Shown here: one piece after another, positions 10,464 to 20,461 of the stretch | Layout of the letters: every line of letters begins with the position of its first letter | How positions within the stretch are numbered: the stretch's first letter is position 1 | Source: a virus | Reading direction: 5' to 3' (one strand) | Virus record (IMG/VR): IMGVR_UViG_3300045988_111621 | Coordinates: 1 to 30,120 of that record | Length of the DNA stretch: 30,120 bases | The notes under the pieces: model-generated | What the model saw: the letters and a program-made list of their open reading frames with translations, nothing else | Databases searched by the model: none | What the model was told of the DNA's origin: nothing | Program-made: the position numbers and the translations under genes

Positions 10464-12797
10464 ATGGCTGAAGAAATTAAAAAAGTAATTAGTGTAGATA
10501 CTAAAACCAGTTCAAAGTCGATCAAGCAGCTACGAGAAGAAGTAGCTGGCTTGACGGCTGAACTTGAAGATCTTGAGATTGGTAGTACTGACTATACTAA
10601 AAAGCTTGAAGAACTTGTTAATGTTCAAAATAAGTTAGGTGTTGCTACAGAATCTATGCAAGGTAAAACTGTAAATGCAGTTAAGGCGTTTGACAGTATC
10701 AATCAAGTAGCAGGAGGTTTAGCTGGAGGAGTTTCAGCTGTTAGTGCAGCATTCACTTTATTTGGAAAAGATACAGAGAATCTTCAAAAAACTATGGTTA
10801 AATTGCAAGCAGCAATTGCTATAGTTCAGGGAATTGGAGGATTAAAAGGTTTAGGTGAAGGTATTCTTAATGGAGTAAAATCATTTAAAGCCTTATCTGT
10901 AGCAATGGGTGGTGCTACGGCTGCAACTGGAGGATTATCTGTAGCAATGGGTGTGCTACGGTCTGCAATTATATCTACAGGAATTGGGGCTTTAGTTGTA
11001 GCTCTTGGTATGTTAATAGATTTTGCAATTAAAGCAGCATCAGGAATTGATGATTTAAAAATTAGTATTTCTGGTTTAAAAGATATAACTGATCAATGAG
11101 GAACAAGTTACGCCAGAGCTAATACTGAAATTGCAGAATTGGAGAGACAAAGAGAGAGAGATTTAGCTGCTGGTAAAAAAAATGAAATACAAATTTGGAA
11201 AGATTATGCTGAAGCATTAGGAGATTTAGATGCTGAATTATTTCAACAATTTGGTAGTGTAACTAAAGCATATTCTGATTCATTTACTAATATACTTAAA
11301 AGTAATAAATACTTCAAAAAAGAATTTAAGAAATCTGGATATGAAACTTGGGAAGATTATTCCGAAGCAATACAATGAGGATTAAAGAATAGTTCTAATG
11401 AAGTTGATTTCTTTTTAAGTAAGTTAAATGAGGATCAAAAAGCAGCTTATGATGAAGCTTCTGGTATTTATAATACATATCTTGAGAAGCGAAATGATTT
11501 AATGCAAAAATCTGCTGAAGCTTATGAAAAAGTTAAGTTAATGGAGATTGCTGCAGAACGTAAGCAGAGAGAAGATGCTAAAGCCCAGTATCTAAAGAAT
11601 ATAGAAGATAGAAAGAAACATAATCAAGATCTGCTTAAAGTTATTAACGATTTCTATGAAGAAAATAGGAAACTTCTTTTAGATGATGAAGCAAGAGAAC
11701 TTGATGAATTAAATAGAAACTACCAGAATCAATTAGATGCACTTAAAGAAGCCTACAATCTCAAATTAATAACAGTTAAAGAATATAATGAGAGATTAAA
11801 GCAGGTAAATGATGCATATAATAAAGAGTGACTAGATAATAATAATGAACGTTATAGGGAAGACTTAGAAAATAGATTGTCTGCATTACAAGAAATGCAG
11901 GATAGGGAATCTCAATTATTTGCAAATAAAGAGGCTGCATTATCTGCAGGTAAATCTGGAAGTTATGAAACTAGAGTTCAACAATTTGGTTCAACTGATT
12001 TCTATCAATCTAGAGAAGATGTTCAAAGACAATATCAAGATACATTAGCTTATAATGAACAGTTATATAATCTTACCAAAGATAGAATTACAAGAGAGAA
12101 TGAATTGATGTCTCAACAGCAAGCTATCTTAGATGAGCAATATAACAATAAGCTGATAACTGAACAAGAATATGCTAATCAATCTCAAGCAATCAAATTA
12201 CAGCAAGAAGCTAATGATATAGCTTTATCAGAAGCAGCTAATGCAAGAGAAGAAGCAGATCTTCAAGCATTTAAAGATAGACAAGCTAAAAAGCAACAGG
12301 CTATTCAAGCTACTATGAATGTAGCTTCTTCTTTAAGTGGAGCTTTAGCTAATGTATTTAAACAAGAAGCTAGTGATGACAAGAAGAGTGAGAAACAGAG
12401 GGAGAAATCATTTAAAGTTTATAAAGCATTAGCTACTACTCAAGCTATTATTGATACTATCAGTTCTGCCCAAGGTGCATATAAAGCTATGGTAGGTATT
12501 CCGATTGTAGGTCCTATCCTTGCTCCTATTGCTGCTGCTACTGCTGTTATAGCTGGTATTGCTAATGTAAAAGCTATCCAGAATGAACAATTACCTTCAT
12601 CTGGAGGTTCTGGAAGTGATGCAGGAACTACTGCTCCTGCTGCTTTAAATACTGCTCCTGTAGAATATACTCGAAACTTACTTGGCAATAAAGAGACTGA
12701 TGAATTGAATCAACCTGTTAAATGTTATGTAGTTGAGAGTGATATTACTAACGCTCAAACTAAAGTTGCAGTTACAGAATCAAATGCAAGTTTCTAA
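10464..12797 (+). CDS. Tape-measure-like protein, 777 aa
   Basis: Four same-frame track ORFs are joined by TGA at 11097, 11376 and 11829. The protein has long coiled-coil Glu/Lys/Gln-rich stretches plus Gly/Ala-rich hydrophobic segments (GGLAGGVSAVSAAF, GIGALVVALGML, VGPILAPIAAATAVIAGI). Confidence 0.65.
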
Positions 12798-12798
12798 A

Positions 12799-12818
12799 GT
12801 GAGTAAAATTTCTGACAC
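12799..12818 (+). promoter_or_regulatory. Conserved motif, copy B (GTGAGTAAAATTTCTGACAC)
   Basis: It starts 2 nt after the TAA of the tape-measure-like gene and runs directly into the 12818-12861 palindrome. Confidence 0.45.
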
Positions 12819-12861
12819 ACTACTATGTAAGTTGCTGATTATCAGTGCTTATATAGTAGTG
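12818..12861. repeat. 44-nt near-perfect palindrome / long hairpin
   Basis: CACTACTATGTAAGTTGCTGAT T ATCAGTGCTTATATAGTAGTG. About 18 bp are pairable (9+4+5) with small internal bulges. Confidence 0.6.
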
Positions 12862-12894
12862 CTATGTCAAAATTTATTTATCTTAGATACAAAT

Positions 12895-12913
12895 TTGAGT
12901 AAAAACTTGACAT
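12895..12913 (+). promoter_or_regulatory. Conserved motif, copy C (TTGAGTAAAAACTTGACAT), upstream of the capsid module
   Basis: This is the second tandem copy in the 12798-12991 intergenic region. No hairpin follows it. The ATG of the protease gene is at 12992. Confidence 0.5.
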
Positions 12914-12991
12914 TTGATAGTATATAAATATATAAAAATAAAAGATTGTAACAATATTACATTTTTAAAATAGCTTATATATTAATAAAAA

Positions 12992-13585
12992 ATGGAAAAA
13001 ATGTATAATGATCTTCCATTATATCAAGCAATTATTGCTGATGATTGTGATGGAATAGAGTTCGTAGCATTGACCAGTAAACCTGCAACCCAAGTTAATT
13101 GGCTTGCTTTTGGGGAATCTCAGAAGTTCTCGATGGATGAAGAAAAACATATAGTTACTTCTTGTTTAATGGTATGTGATATACCTATATTTAGACGGGA
13201 TAGTAAAAACGGAGAATATTATATTCAATATGATAAAGAAACTCTCCGTTTAATGGCTGAAAAAATGATGTATGATAAGAGAACTACTGATGTAAATATT
13301 GAACATTTGGAAGATTCGGTAATTCCTGGAATAATTCTTCAAGAGCTATATATTAAAGATATAGATAGAGGAATTAATCCAGTTGAATTTGCTGATTGTC
13401 CAGATGGTTCATTATTTGCTACTTATAAAGTGAATAATCCTGTTATATGGGATGCAATTAAAGCTGGCAAGTTTAAAGGATTCTCTATTGAGGGATTGTT
13501 TACTTTAGAAAGACAATCTGATGAATATGAGGAACTTAAAGAGATTCAAAAAATGTTGAGAAAAATAAAAAGAGTTAAACATTAA
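12992..13585 (+). CDS. Prohead protease candidate (XkdF-like)
   Basis: ORF track, 197 aa. It lies directly upstream of the scaffold and major capsid genes. HIVTSCLMVCDIPIFRRD ... DVNIEH ... WDAIKAGKFKGFSIEG resembles the XkdF-type family by eye. Confidence 0.55.
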   Translation: MEKMYNDLPLYQAIIADDCDGIEFVALTSKPATQVNWLAFGESQKFSMDEEKHIVTSCLMVCDIPIFRRDSKNGEYYIQYDKETLRLMAEKMMYDKRTTDVNIEHLEDSVIPGIILQELYIKDIDRGINPVEFADCPDGSLFATYKVNNPVIWDAIKAGKFKGFSIEGLFTLERQSDEYEELKEIQKMLRKIKRVKH

Positions 13586-13591
13586 TTAATT

Positions 13592-14197
13592 ATGAGTAAA
13601 TTCACAAAAATTAAACTTGAGTTAGCTAAGATGCTTGCAAAGTTCAGTGATGTTAAAACTGACAAGGCTGTGCTTACTTGGGATTCAGATGAGGATCTGA
13701 GAGAAGGTATGGATGTTTATGTAGCTGATGAAAATGGCGAATATGCACCTGCTGCTGATGATGAGTATGTTACCGAAGATGGCAAAACGATTGTTGTTAA
13801 AGACGGTAAAGTAGAGTCCATTACTGATCCTAAAGCTGAAGTTGATCCAGAAGAGGGTATGAGAACTGTTGAGGTTGATGCTGCTTGTGGAACTAAGAGA
13901 GTAAAAGCTGAGGAAGTTGCTGATCCTGCTGTTGAAACAGACGGTGTTAAAGAAACTGAGACTGATGCAATCGACGCTATTCATCGCGAAATTAATGAGC
14001 TTTACGATATTGTAGATAAGCTTGTTAAGAAAGTAGCAGAACTTGAAGGAAAATCAGAAGCTACTGAAAAGACTGTAGAAAAAATGAGTAAGATGAGTGC
14101 TGCTTTTTCAGCAGAGGAAACACTTGAAAATAAAACAACTGCTCCTATAAGTGGGATAGCAGAAATAGATAGAAAGCTTAAAAACTTTATTGGTTAA
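13592..14197 (+). CDS. Scaffolding protein candidate
   Basis: 201 aa, very acidic (Asp/Glu-rich) with coiled-coil-like ends. It sits between the protease and the major capsid gene. Confidence 0.55.
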   Translation: MSKFTKIKLELAKMLAKFSDVKTDKAVLTWDSDEDLREGMDVYVADENGEYAPAADDEYVTEDGKTIVVKDGKVESITDPKAEVDPEEGMRTVEVDAACGTKRVKAEEVADPAVETDGVKETETDAIDAIHREINELYDIVDKLVKKVAELEGKSEATEKTVEKMSKMSAAFSAEETLENKTTAPISGIAEIDRKLKNFIG

Positions 14198-14218
14198 TTT
14201 ATAAAATTTTAAATAATT

Positions 14219-15124
14219 ATGGCAAATAGTCCTGTAATGACAACGCTTCCTGCTTATGTGGAGCAAAGACGTCTCCCTCTTATTAAGGAAGCTGTTTTAA
14301 AAGCTAAGAGTGCAAGTTTATTTAATCTTCAGACAGATATTAAAACTGATGCTGCTCTTAACCTGTTATCTACCGATGTTCAGTTCGGTGATGGTCTTAC
14401 TTGTGGTTGGGATGAGGCTGGAACTCAGACTCTTTCTCAGAGAATTCTTAAGACTGGTAATATTAAGATTAATATGGCATATTGCGATAAGGCTATGCTG
14501 AAATACTGGACTCAGTATGCAGTTAAGGTAGCCGCTGGTCAGAAGACTCTTCCTTTTGAAGAGGATTTCGTAAATGCTGTTGTAGAGAACGTAAAAGAGG
14601 CTATTGAGGTAGCTATCTGGCAGGGTGATACGGCTTCAGAAACTAATAACTTGAAGTATTTTGATGGTCTGCTTAAGATTCTTGCTGCTGATAATGGTAC
14701 TGTAGATGTAGAAATTGCTGGAGAATCTGCCTATACTGATATTATGGCAGTTTATAATGCAATTCCTGAGAAGGTTCTTGATGGTGCTTCGATTCTTGTT
14801 GGTGCCGATATGTTCCGTAAGTTCGTAAATGAACTTGTTGAGAAGAACTATTTCCACTATAGCGGAGAGAGCCTTAATGGTGAGATTTATCTTCCTGGTT
14901 CACAGGTTAAGGTTATTGCTGTTAATGGTCTTAATGGAACTGGTAAGATTGTTGCTGGTCAGTTAGACAAGAACTTCTTCTATGGTGTAGATATGATGAA
15001 CGACGAAGAGAAATTCGAATTGTGGTATTCACAGGATTTCCGCGAGTTCAGATTAGCTATTGAATTTAACGCTGGTGTACAAGTTGCTTTCCCTGACGAA
15101 GTAGTATTAGGTGCCAAGGCTTAA
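14219..15124 (+). CDS. Major capsid protein (HK97-fold type)
   Basis: 301 aa, in the position after the scaffold gene. Codon usage is distinct and GC-richer (GGT/GCT/CTT rich), as expected for a highly expressed gene. No TGA; all four Trp are TGG. Confidence 0.7.
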   Translation: MANSPVMTTLPAYVEQRRLPLIKEAVLKAKSASLFNLQTDIKTDAALNLLSTDVQFGDGLTCGWDEAGTQTLSQRILKTGNIKINMAYCDKAMLKYWTQYAVKVAAGQKTLPFEEDFVNAVVENVKEAIEVAIWQGDTASETNNLKYFDGLLKILAADNGTVDVEIAGESAYTDIMAVYNAIPEKVLDGASILVGADMFRKFVNELVEKNYFHYSGESLNGEIYLPGSQVKVIAVNGLNGTGKIVAGQLDKNFFYGVDMMNDEEKFELWYSQDFREFRLAIEFNAGVQVAFPDEVVLGAKA

Positions 15125-15164
15125 TTTCAATAGATTTTATTAACTTCTAAATGATATTGAAATT

Positions 15165-15689
15165 ATGGCTTGTTTAATAACTATCGCAGGAATCACACTT
15201 GATTGCCAACCTTCGTTAGGTGGTATCAAACAGGTTTGGATTACCCAGTATGCAGATGTTAAAAGTGTAACGGTTGATCCTGAGAGCAATATGATTTCAG
15301 CTATTACTCTTGAGTCTTCAGCTAAATGGTATAACTACCAATTTAGAAAGGCTACTGGTTCTCTAACCTCAACTTTAAATGTAGATGAAAGTGCTGGTGT
15401 TAATTATGTAAGTAATGAGCTTGCTCTTGTATTTACAAAGATGGAAACAGCAAAACGAGTAGAGATTGCAGCTTTATCAATTGGTCAGCTTGCAGTTGTT
15501 GTTGAAGATAGCAATGGTAAGTATTGGTTCTTAGGTAAAGATGATTATGTAAGCGCTTCCGCTGGTACGGGTGTTACTGGTACTGCTAAAGGTGATCAGA
15601 ATGCTTATACTCTGACACTTTCAACAGATTCAGATTCTTATCCTTATGAGTTATCTGCAGAAGCTATCCAAAGCGTTGTAGGTGCTTAA
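15165..15689 (+). CDS. Abundant virion protein, major tail (tube) protein candidate
   Basis: 174 aa with the same GC-richer codon usage as the capsid gene. Gly/Ser/Thr-rich beta-type sequence. A strong terminator follows. Confidence 0.4.
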   Translation: MACLITIAGITLDCQPSLGGIKQVWITQYADVKSVTVDPESNMISAITLESSAKWYNYQFRKATGSLTSTLNVDESAGVNYVSNELALVFTKMETAKRVEIAALSIGQLAVVVEDSNGKYWFLGKDDYVSASAGTGVTGTAKGDQNAYTLTLSTDSDSYPYELSAEAIQSVVGA

Positions 15690-15700
15690 TAACAGAAAGA

Positions 15701-15737
15701 GGGGCGAGTATTAATTTACTTGCCCCTTATTTTGTTT
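15701..15737 (+). terminator. Rho-independent terminator
   Basis: GGGGCGAGTA-TTAATT-TACTTGCCCC (10-bp stem with one G-U pair), followed by TTATTTTGTTT. Confidence 0.75.
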
Positions 15738-15780
15738 ATATACCACATAATGAATAATTTATATTTTATAGAAAAATAAT

Positions 15781-16902
15781 ATGGCAATAGTATTCACATC
15801 AGAACCAGTAGCTAAAAATACTACAACTAAAAATTTAGATTTAATTAAAGCTGCTGAATGTAAGTTACAAGAAAAATCAGTAGAATATACTCAAAATGCA
15901 GAGTTTGAAGTACTGCCAGATGAGGGATATGATGGAATGTCTAAGGTAAATGTATCAGTTGATGTGGTAGTTCCAACAGTTCAAAATAATAAAGATGCTT
16001 CTATTACTTCTAATGGCACTATTGAGATTCTTCCAGATAGTGACTATGATGTTATGGAGAAGGTAACTGCTACTGTAAATATTCCATTACAAGATAAGCA
16101 CATTTCAATAGACAAAAATGTATCAATGACAGAAATAACTCCTGATGAAGGATATTCTGGTTTATCAAGAGTTGAAGTCGATGTAGAAATACCAGTTGAG
16201 GATAATAAACAGGTTACTATTACTGAAAATGGAACTACTACTATCATTCCTGGAGATGGATATGATTATATAGAGATGTGTGACGTAATTGTTAATGTTC
16301 CTACATATAATATAGAAGATAATGTTACTAGAAGTGTTTTTGTAAGCTCAGATGGATCTCAACAATATACTCCTTCATCAGGTTATGATGCAATGAAGAA
16401 ACTAACATTACAAGTTTATATACAATATAGTATTGAAAATCCAGGAGTAAGTTTAGCATATTATCAACAGAATAGTGTTCCTGATAATATTGTAGGATGG
16501 GAATCATTGACTGATGGAAGTTATAAATGTGCTTCTTCAGAATTAAAAACATTTGATAAAACATTATCTTCATTAAATATAGGATCAAATATGTTCTTAT
16601 ATTGTTCAGGATTAGAGGCCTTTTCGTCTGATTTAAGTGCATTGACGGAAGCAGAGAATATGTTTGTCAGTTGCTATAATATTAAAGATATTACATTAAC
16701 TGGAACATTAGATGTTGATTTAAATTTAGGAGGTACTAATAGTAGTAGAATAACAGTAGATTCATTAATGTCAGTAATAAATGCATTAGTAGATTTAACA
16801 GGGCAAGTAGAAAAAACACAAACAATTGGATCTGCAAATCTTGCAAAACTAACAGATGAACAAAAAGCAATTGCAACTAATAAAAATTGGATATTAGCAT
16901 AA
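15781..16902 (+). CDS. Putative receptor-binding protein, BspA/DUF285-like leucine-rich repeat C-terminal half, paralogue 1
   Basis: 373 aa. N-terminal tandem repeats, then MF..C..L-type repeats (NMFLYCSGLEAF, NMFVSCYNIKDI). The C-terminus is ...LTDEQKAIATNKNWILA. Confidence 0.6.
   Translation: MAIVFTSEPVAKNTTTKNLDLIKAAECKLQEKSVEYTQNAEFEVLPDEGYDGMSKVNVSVDVVVPTVQNNKDASITSNGTIEILPDSDYDVMEKVTATVNIPLQDKHISIDKNVSMTEITPDEGYSGLSRVEVDVEIPVEDNKQVTITENGTTTIIPGDGYDYIEMCDVIVNVPTYNIEDNVTRSVFVSSDGSQQYTPSSGYDAMKKLTLQVYIQYSIENPGVSLAYYQQNSVPDNIVGWESLTDGSYKCASSELKTFDKTLSSLNIGSNMFLYCSGLEAFSSDLSALTEAENMFVSCYNIKDITLTGTLDVDLNLGGTNSSRITVDSLMSVINALVDLTGQVEKTQTIGSANLAKLTDEQKAIATNKNWILA
15883..16419 (+). repeat. Five tandem ~35-40 aa coding repeats inside paralogue 1
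   Basis: FEVLPDEGYDGMSKVNVSVDV / IEILPDSDYDVMEKVTATVNIP / TEITPDEGYSGLSRVEVDVEIP / TTIIPGDGYDYIEMCDVIVNVP / QQYTPSSGYDAMKKLTLQV. Confidence 0.7.
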
Positions 16903-17117
16903 TGGAACATTTACATATTAATAAAACTGATAAATTCATTATACTTACATCAGATGAAGGGTATTATATTACAAAGTATGATGGATCTAATATTAAAGAC
17001 TATTGTGCATTTACAATAATGTATTGTCCTTTAACTATTGATGTTAATAAGTATTATATTGTTAATGAATTAACACATAAGTCATACTTAAAAGATAAAG
17101 AATCAATTAAAAAATAA
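16902..17117 (+). CDS. Small companion protein 1 (paralogue of 20462-20698)
   Basis: Start taken at ATG 16902 (TAATG overlap with the upstream stop) rather than the track start 16887. Shares the pattern EGY.[IL]T.Y......K.Y..FT...CPL with 20462-20698. Confidence 0.55.
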   Translation: MEHLHINKTDKFIILTSDEGYYITKYDGSNIKDYCAFTIMYCPLTIDVNKYYIVNELTHKSYLKDKESIKK

Positions 17118-17122
17118 ACAAT

Positions 17123-19336
17123 ATGGAAAATACTATTCTTCCTTACCTAAATGTACTAGAAGTAGATACTGTCGATAAGTCTAATGTTACTAAGGTTATA
17201 GTAATAGATAAAGACGATGAGGTAAAGGTTATGGATGGTTCCCAGTTAGGCTCAAATAACTATCAAGATCTTCAATTTAAACCTGAAATCAATGGGGTTG
17301 AATTAAATGGAAATATTCCTTCTAAAGAATTAGGAATTCCTTCTATTGAAGATGTTGATAATCAAATTACAGAGAAACTTATTGACTATCCAACTAAAGA
17401 AGAAGTTACTGCAGAAATAACTGAAGCTACTTCTGGCAAACAAGATATATTAGTTCAAGGTAATGGTATAGTAATTGAGGATAATACTATTTCAGCAGAT
17501 TATTCTACAATTAATAATAAGCCATCTTTAAATGGGGCAGAGCTTATTAATCCTACAGTAATAGTTCCATCAATTCAGATTAAAGCTATTCCTGATAAAG
17601 TAACAATAGCTTCAATATTTGGAAATCAAACTGGAGATGCTGAAGAACTTCCTGTTTATAATACTGAAACTAATTCTGCAGGTATAATTAATGCTAATTT
17701 ATATGCTCAGTTATCAGATAAATATACAAAGGCTGAGATTGACAATCTAAATGCAGAAATTAATAAAGCTATAAATTCAAAACAGGGAACATTAACAGCA
17801 GGAGCTAATATATCTATTGTTGATAATGTAATATCTGCATTCCAGAATCACTTCTTCTTAAATTTAGATATTAATGATCCAGATAGACAGTTAGAAATAT
17901 ATAACTTCATTAGAAGTGATATGGATTTCTATTTATTTGGGCAAATTACATATAGTGAAGATACAATAGTAGTTCCAATGACTGTAGTAGAGCATACTAA
18001 CACTATTGATTTATATGGATACTATTTTAAAGATAATGGAGTATTAGTAACTATTAATGCTATTATAGTTAATAATGGCCAAATGACTGTTAAGACAACA
18101 GAAGTTGATCTTACTAATAAAGGCTATACTAAAGATGAAGTAGATGAGAAACTTGCAACTAAGCAAGATGTATTTACTCCACAAGCTCCATTAGCTTTTA
18201 ATGAAGATAAATCCCAATTATCTGTAGATTTATCTGGATACCAACCAGTTGGTGATTATGCGACTAACGATTCAGTTAATGAGGAAATTGAGACTCTAAG
18301 ATCTTCTTTACAAAGTAAGATTGATGCAAAACAAGATAAAGGAGATTATGCTTTAAAGAGTGATATTCCAACTAAAGTTAGTGAGCTTACTAATGATTCT
18401 AACTTTGTAACTGAAGCAGAGGTTTCTGGAGATTTAGCAGGTAAAGCAGATAAGACTTATGTTGATGAGCAGCTTGCTACTAAACAGCCTGTAGGAGATT
18501 ATGCAACAAAAACTGAACTTGCTGGTAAAGCTGATTCTTCTGTAGTAGAATCTTTATCTACTCAAGTAGCAACTAATACTTCAGATATATCAATTATTAA
18601 AACAAAGCAAGAAGAAGATGGAGATAAGATTGATTCTCTTGATAAAGAGATGGCTACTAAGCAAGATTTACTTGTAAGTGGAACTAATATCAAAACAATC
18701 AATAGTCAATCTTTACTTGGAGAAGGTAATATAGTAATTGATAGTGGTTCTAATATTCCATATCTATTTATAAATTCCTCAACCCATCTTTCTGGAGATT
18801 TCGCTGCTGTTAAGAATGCTATAGCTAATAAAACACCATTTGAGCTTTATTATGTAAATATTCTAGGTTATGGTGATATAGCAGCTCCAGAAGTATGTTT
18901 TGTTTCAGGAGAAAATATTCAAGCTACTTTCCATTTTGAAAGTACGACAGCTAATCATACTGTAGTTCAAACTACTATTACTCCAACTGGAGTATCTGCT
19001 GATACTAGTTATCATAGTTATCAAGAACAGTTAGTTTCTGGTACTAATATAAAGACTATTAATGGTGAAAGTATTTTAGGAGAAGGTAATCTTGAAATAT
19101 CTGGAGGTGGAGGGACTACTGACTATACTCAGTTAACAAATAAACCTCAGATTAATTCTGTTGAGTTATCTGGCAATAAGAGTTTATCAGATTTAGGTAT
19201 TCAGCCTGCTGGAAACTATATTGAAGCTGGAACTGGAACCCAACCTCAAATAAATACTATTACTGTTCTAACTCAATCAGAGTATGATGGTTTATCAACT
19301 AAAGATCCTAATACACAATATTTAATTGTAGAATAA
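17123..19336 (+). CDS. Long tail fibre protein, 737 aa
   Basis: Repeated fibre motifs: KP.ING.EL.G three times, KQD..-type heptads, and YATK/LAGKAD repeats. There is an internal duplication of LVSGTNIKTIN..S.LGEGN at 18671-18740 and 19031-19100. The protein contains no Trp. Confidence 0.7.
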   Translation: MENTILPYLNVLEVDTVDKSNVTKVIVIDKDDEVKVMDGSQLGSNNYQDLQFKPEINGVELNGNIPSKELGIPSIEDVDNQITEKLIDYPTKEEVTAEITEATSGKQDILVQGNGIVIEDNTISADYSTINNKPSLNGAELINPTVIVPSIQIKAIPDKVTIASIFGNQTGDAEELPVYNTETNSAGIINANLYAQLSDKYTKAEIDNLNAEINKAINSKQGTLTAGANISIVDNVISAFQNHFFLNLDINDPDRQLEIYNFIRSDMDFYLFGQITYSEDTIVVPMTVVEHTNTIDLYGYYFKDNGVLVTINAIIVNNGQMTVKTTEVDLTNKGYTKDEVDEKLATKQDVFTPQAPLAFNEDKSQLSVDLSGYQPVGDYATNDSVNEEIETLRSSLQSKIDAKQDKGDYALKSDIPTKVSELTNDSNFVTEAEVSGDLAGKADKTYVDEQLATKQPVGDYATKTELAGKADSSVVESLSTQVATNTSDISIIKTKQEEDGDKIDSLDKEMATKQDLLVSGTNIKTINSQSLLGEGNIVIDSGSNIPYLFINSSTHLSGDFAAVKNAIANKTPFELYYVNILGYGDIAAPEVCFVSGENIQATFHFESTTANHTVVQTTITPTGVSADTSYHSYQEQLVSGTNIKTINGESILGEGNLEISGGGGTTDYTQLTNKPQINSVELSGNKSLSDLGIQPAGNYIEAGTGTQPQINTITVLTQSEYDGLSTKDPNTQYLIVE

Positions 19337-19337
19337 T

Positions 19338-20459
19338 ATGAATATTAGAGATGATTTAAAAACATTTTATGTAGGTGACAGACAAGGTACTGCTATTTAT
19401 GTTGGCAGTACCAAAGTCTGGCCTATCAATCCTTGTAATCCACAAATAGTTACAGTTGCTAATCCAGTTCCTCAAGGTACTACAATAGTTGATCCTTGCA
19501 GTTATGTATTTAGCAGTTATGATGGAACTATAAATGATATACAAAGGGATTGAATGGGTAGAGGATCTGGCCTTAATTCTACAGTAATTAGTTTTACTGC
19601 CGATTTAAGTGAATTAGCCCTTAATATAGATGGTGTACCTCTTTGTGGTATTATAGGTTCTGCTCAAACATATGCAGATGTAAAGTTAAATAGTGGAGAT
19701 TTAAGTAGAAAAGGAGGGTTTTTTAAAACATCTCATTTTGATCTAAATAACCAGGAGATTACTAATCTTAATGAAGCATATGGAAGATGGGCTAATGAAT
19801 TTCAATTTTATGGTCAAACAATACATAGTGCTACTTTATCTAATGTTAAAATACCTACAACTACTAAAGAAGTAAGCGCAAATTATTTATTTATTGGAGT
19901 AATAATAGATAATAATGATTTCTCTGTAATGAATAATTTTCAAAATCTTGTATTAGTAGATCCAAAATGGGCATTTGCAGAAACAACTGATAGAGCTACT
20001 AATATAGATAATATAACGATTAATATTCCATTTAAAGGAGATTGTAATCATATGTTTCATAGAGCATTATATCTAACAACTATTCCAAGTAATTTTACCT
20101 TTACTGGAATTACAGATATAAGCTATATGTTTAGTACTTGTAGTAGATTAACAGCTACACCAGAAATAGATTGTTATCTTGTTACAGATTGTACTAGTTT
20201 TGCTGTAAATTGTCCAGAATTAGTAACTGTAGGAGCTTTAAATGGATTAGGAGAGAATTTAACTAAAGGAGGAGTTCTTTACTTTGCACAATCTCCAAAT
20301 CTATCTACAGATTCATTACAAACTATAGCAGAATCTATTGGTACAGCAGTAGCTTCTTATACAAGTATATCATTAAAATCTACTGCATATGATAAACTTA
20401 CAGATGAACAGAAATCATTAATAGCTTCAAAGAATTGAAGTATAAATCGAATTGCATAA
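19338..20459 (+). CDS. Putative receptor-binding protein, BspA/DUF285-like, paralogue 2
   Basis: Track ORFs 19338-19553 and 19554-20438 share a frame and are joined by TGA 19551-19553. A second TGA at 20436-20438 lies at the conserved KN-W position. TAA at 20457-20459. The 373-aa product matches paralogue 1 in length. Confidence 0.6.
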
Positions 20460-20461
20460 TT

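Noticed and set aside
12733-12927. 64-aa plus-strand ORF spanning the end of the tape-measure-like gene and the intergenic region
   Set aside because: It overlaps the tape-measure C-terminus out of frame and runs through the two regulatory motif copies and the 44-nt palindrome. The region is better explained as regulatory DNA.
12907-12935. Reading TTGACA in the conserved motif as a sigma-70 -35 box with a downstream -10
   Set aside because: Only copy C has a plausible A/T-rich hexamer at about 17 nt, which is trivial in this composition. Copies A and F have TAGACA and copy B has CTGACA. The conserved block extends upstream (GAGTAAAA) rather than to a -10 position. The apparent host type uses -33/-7 promoters.
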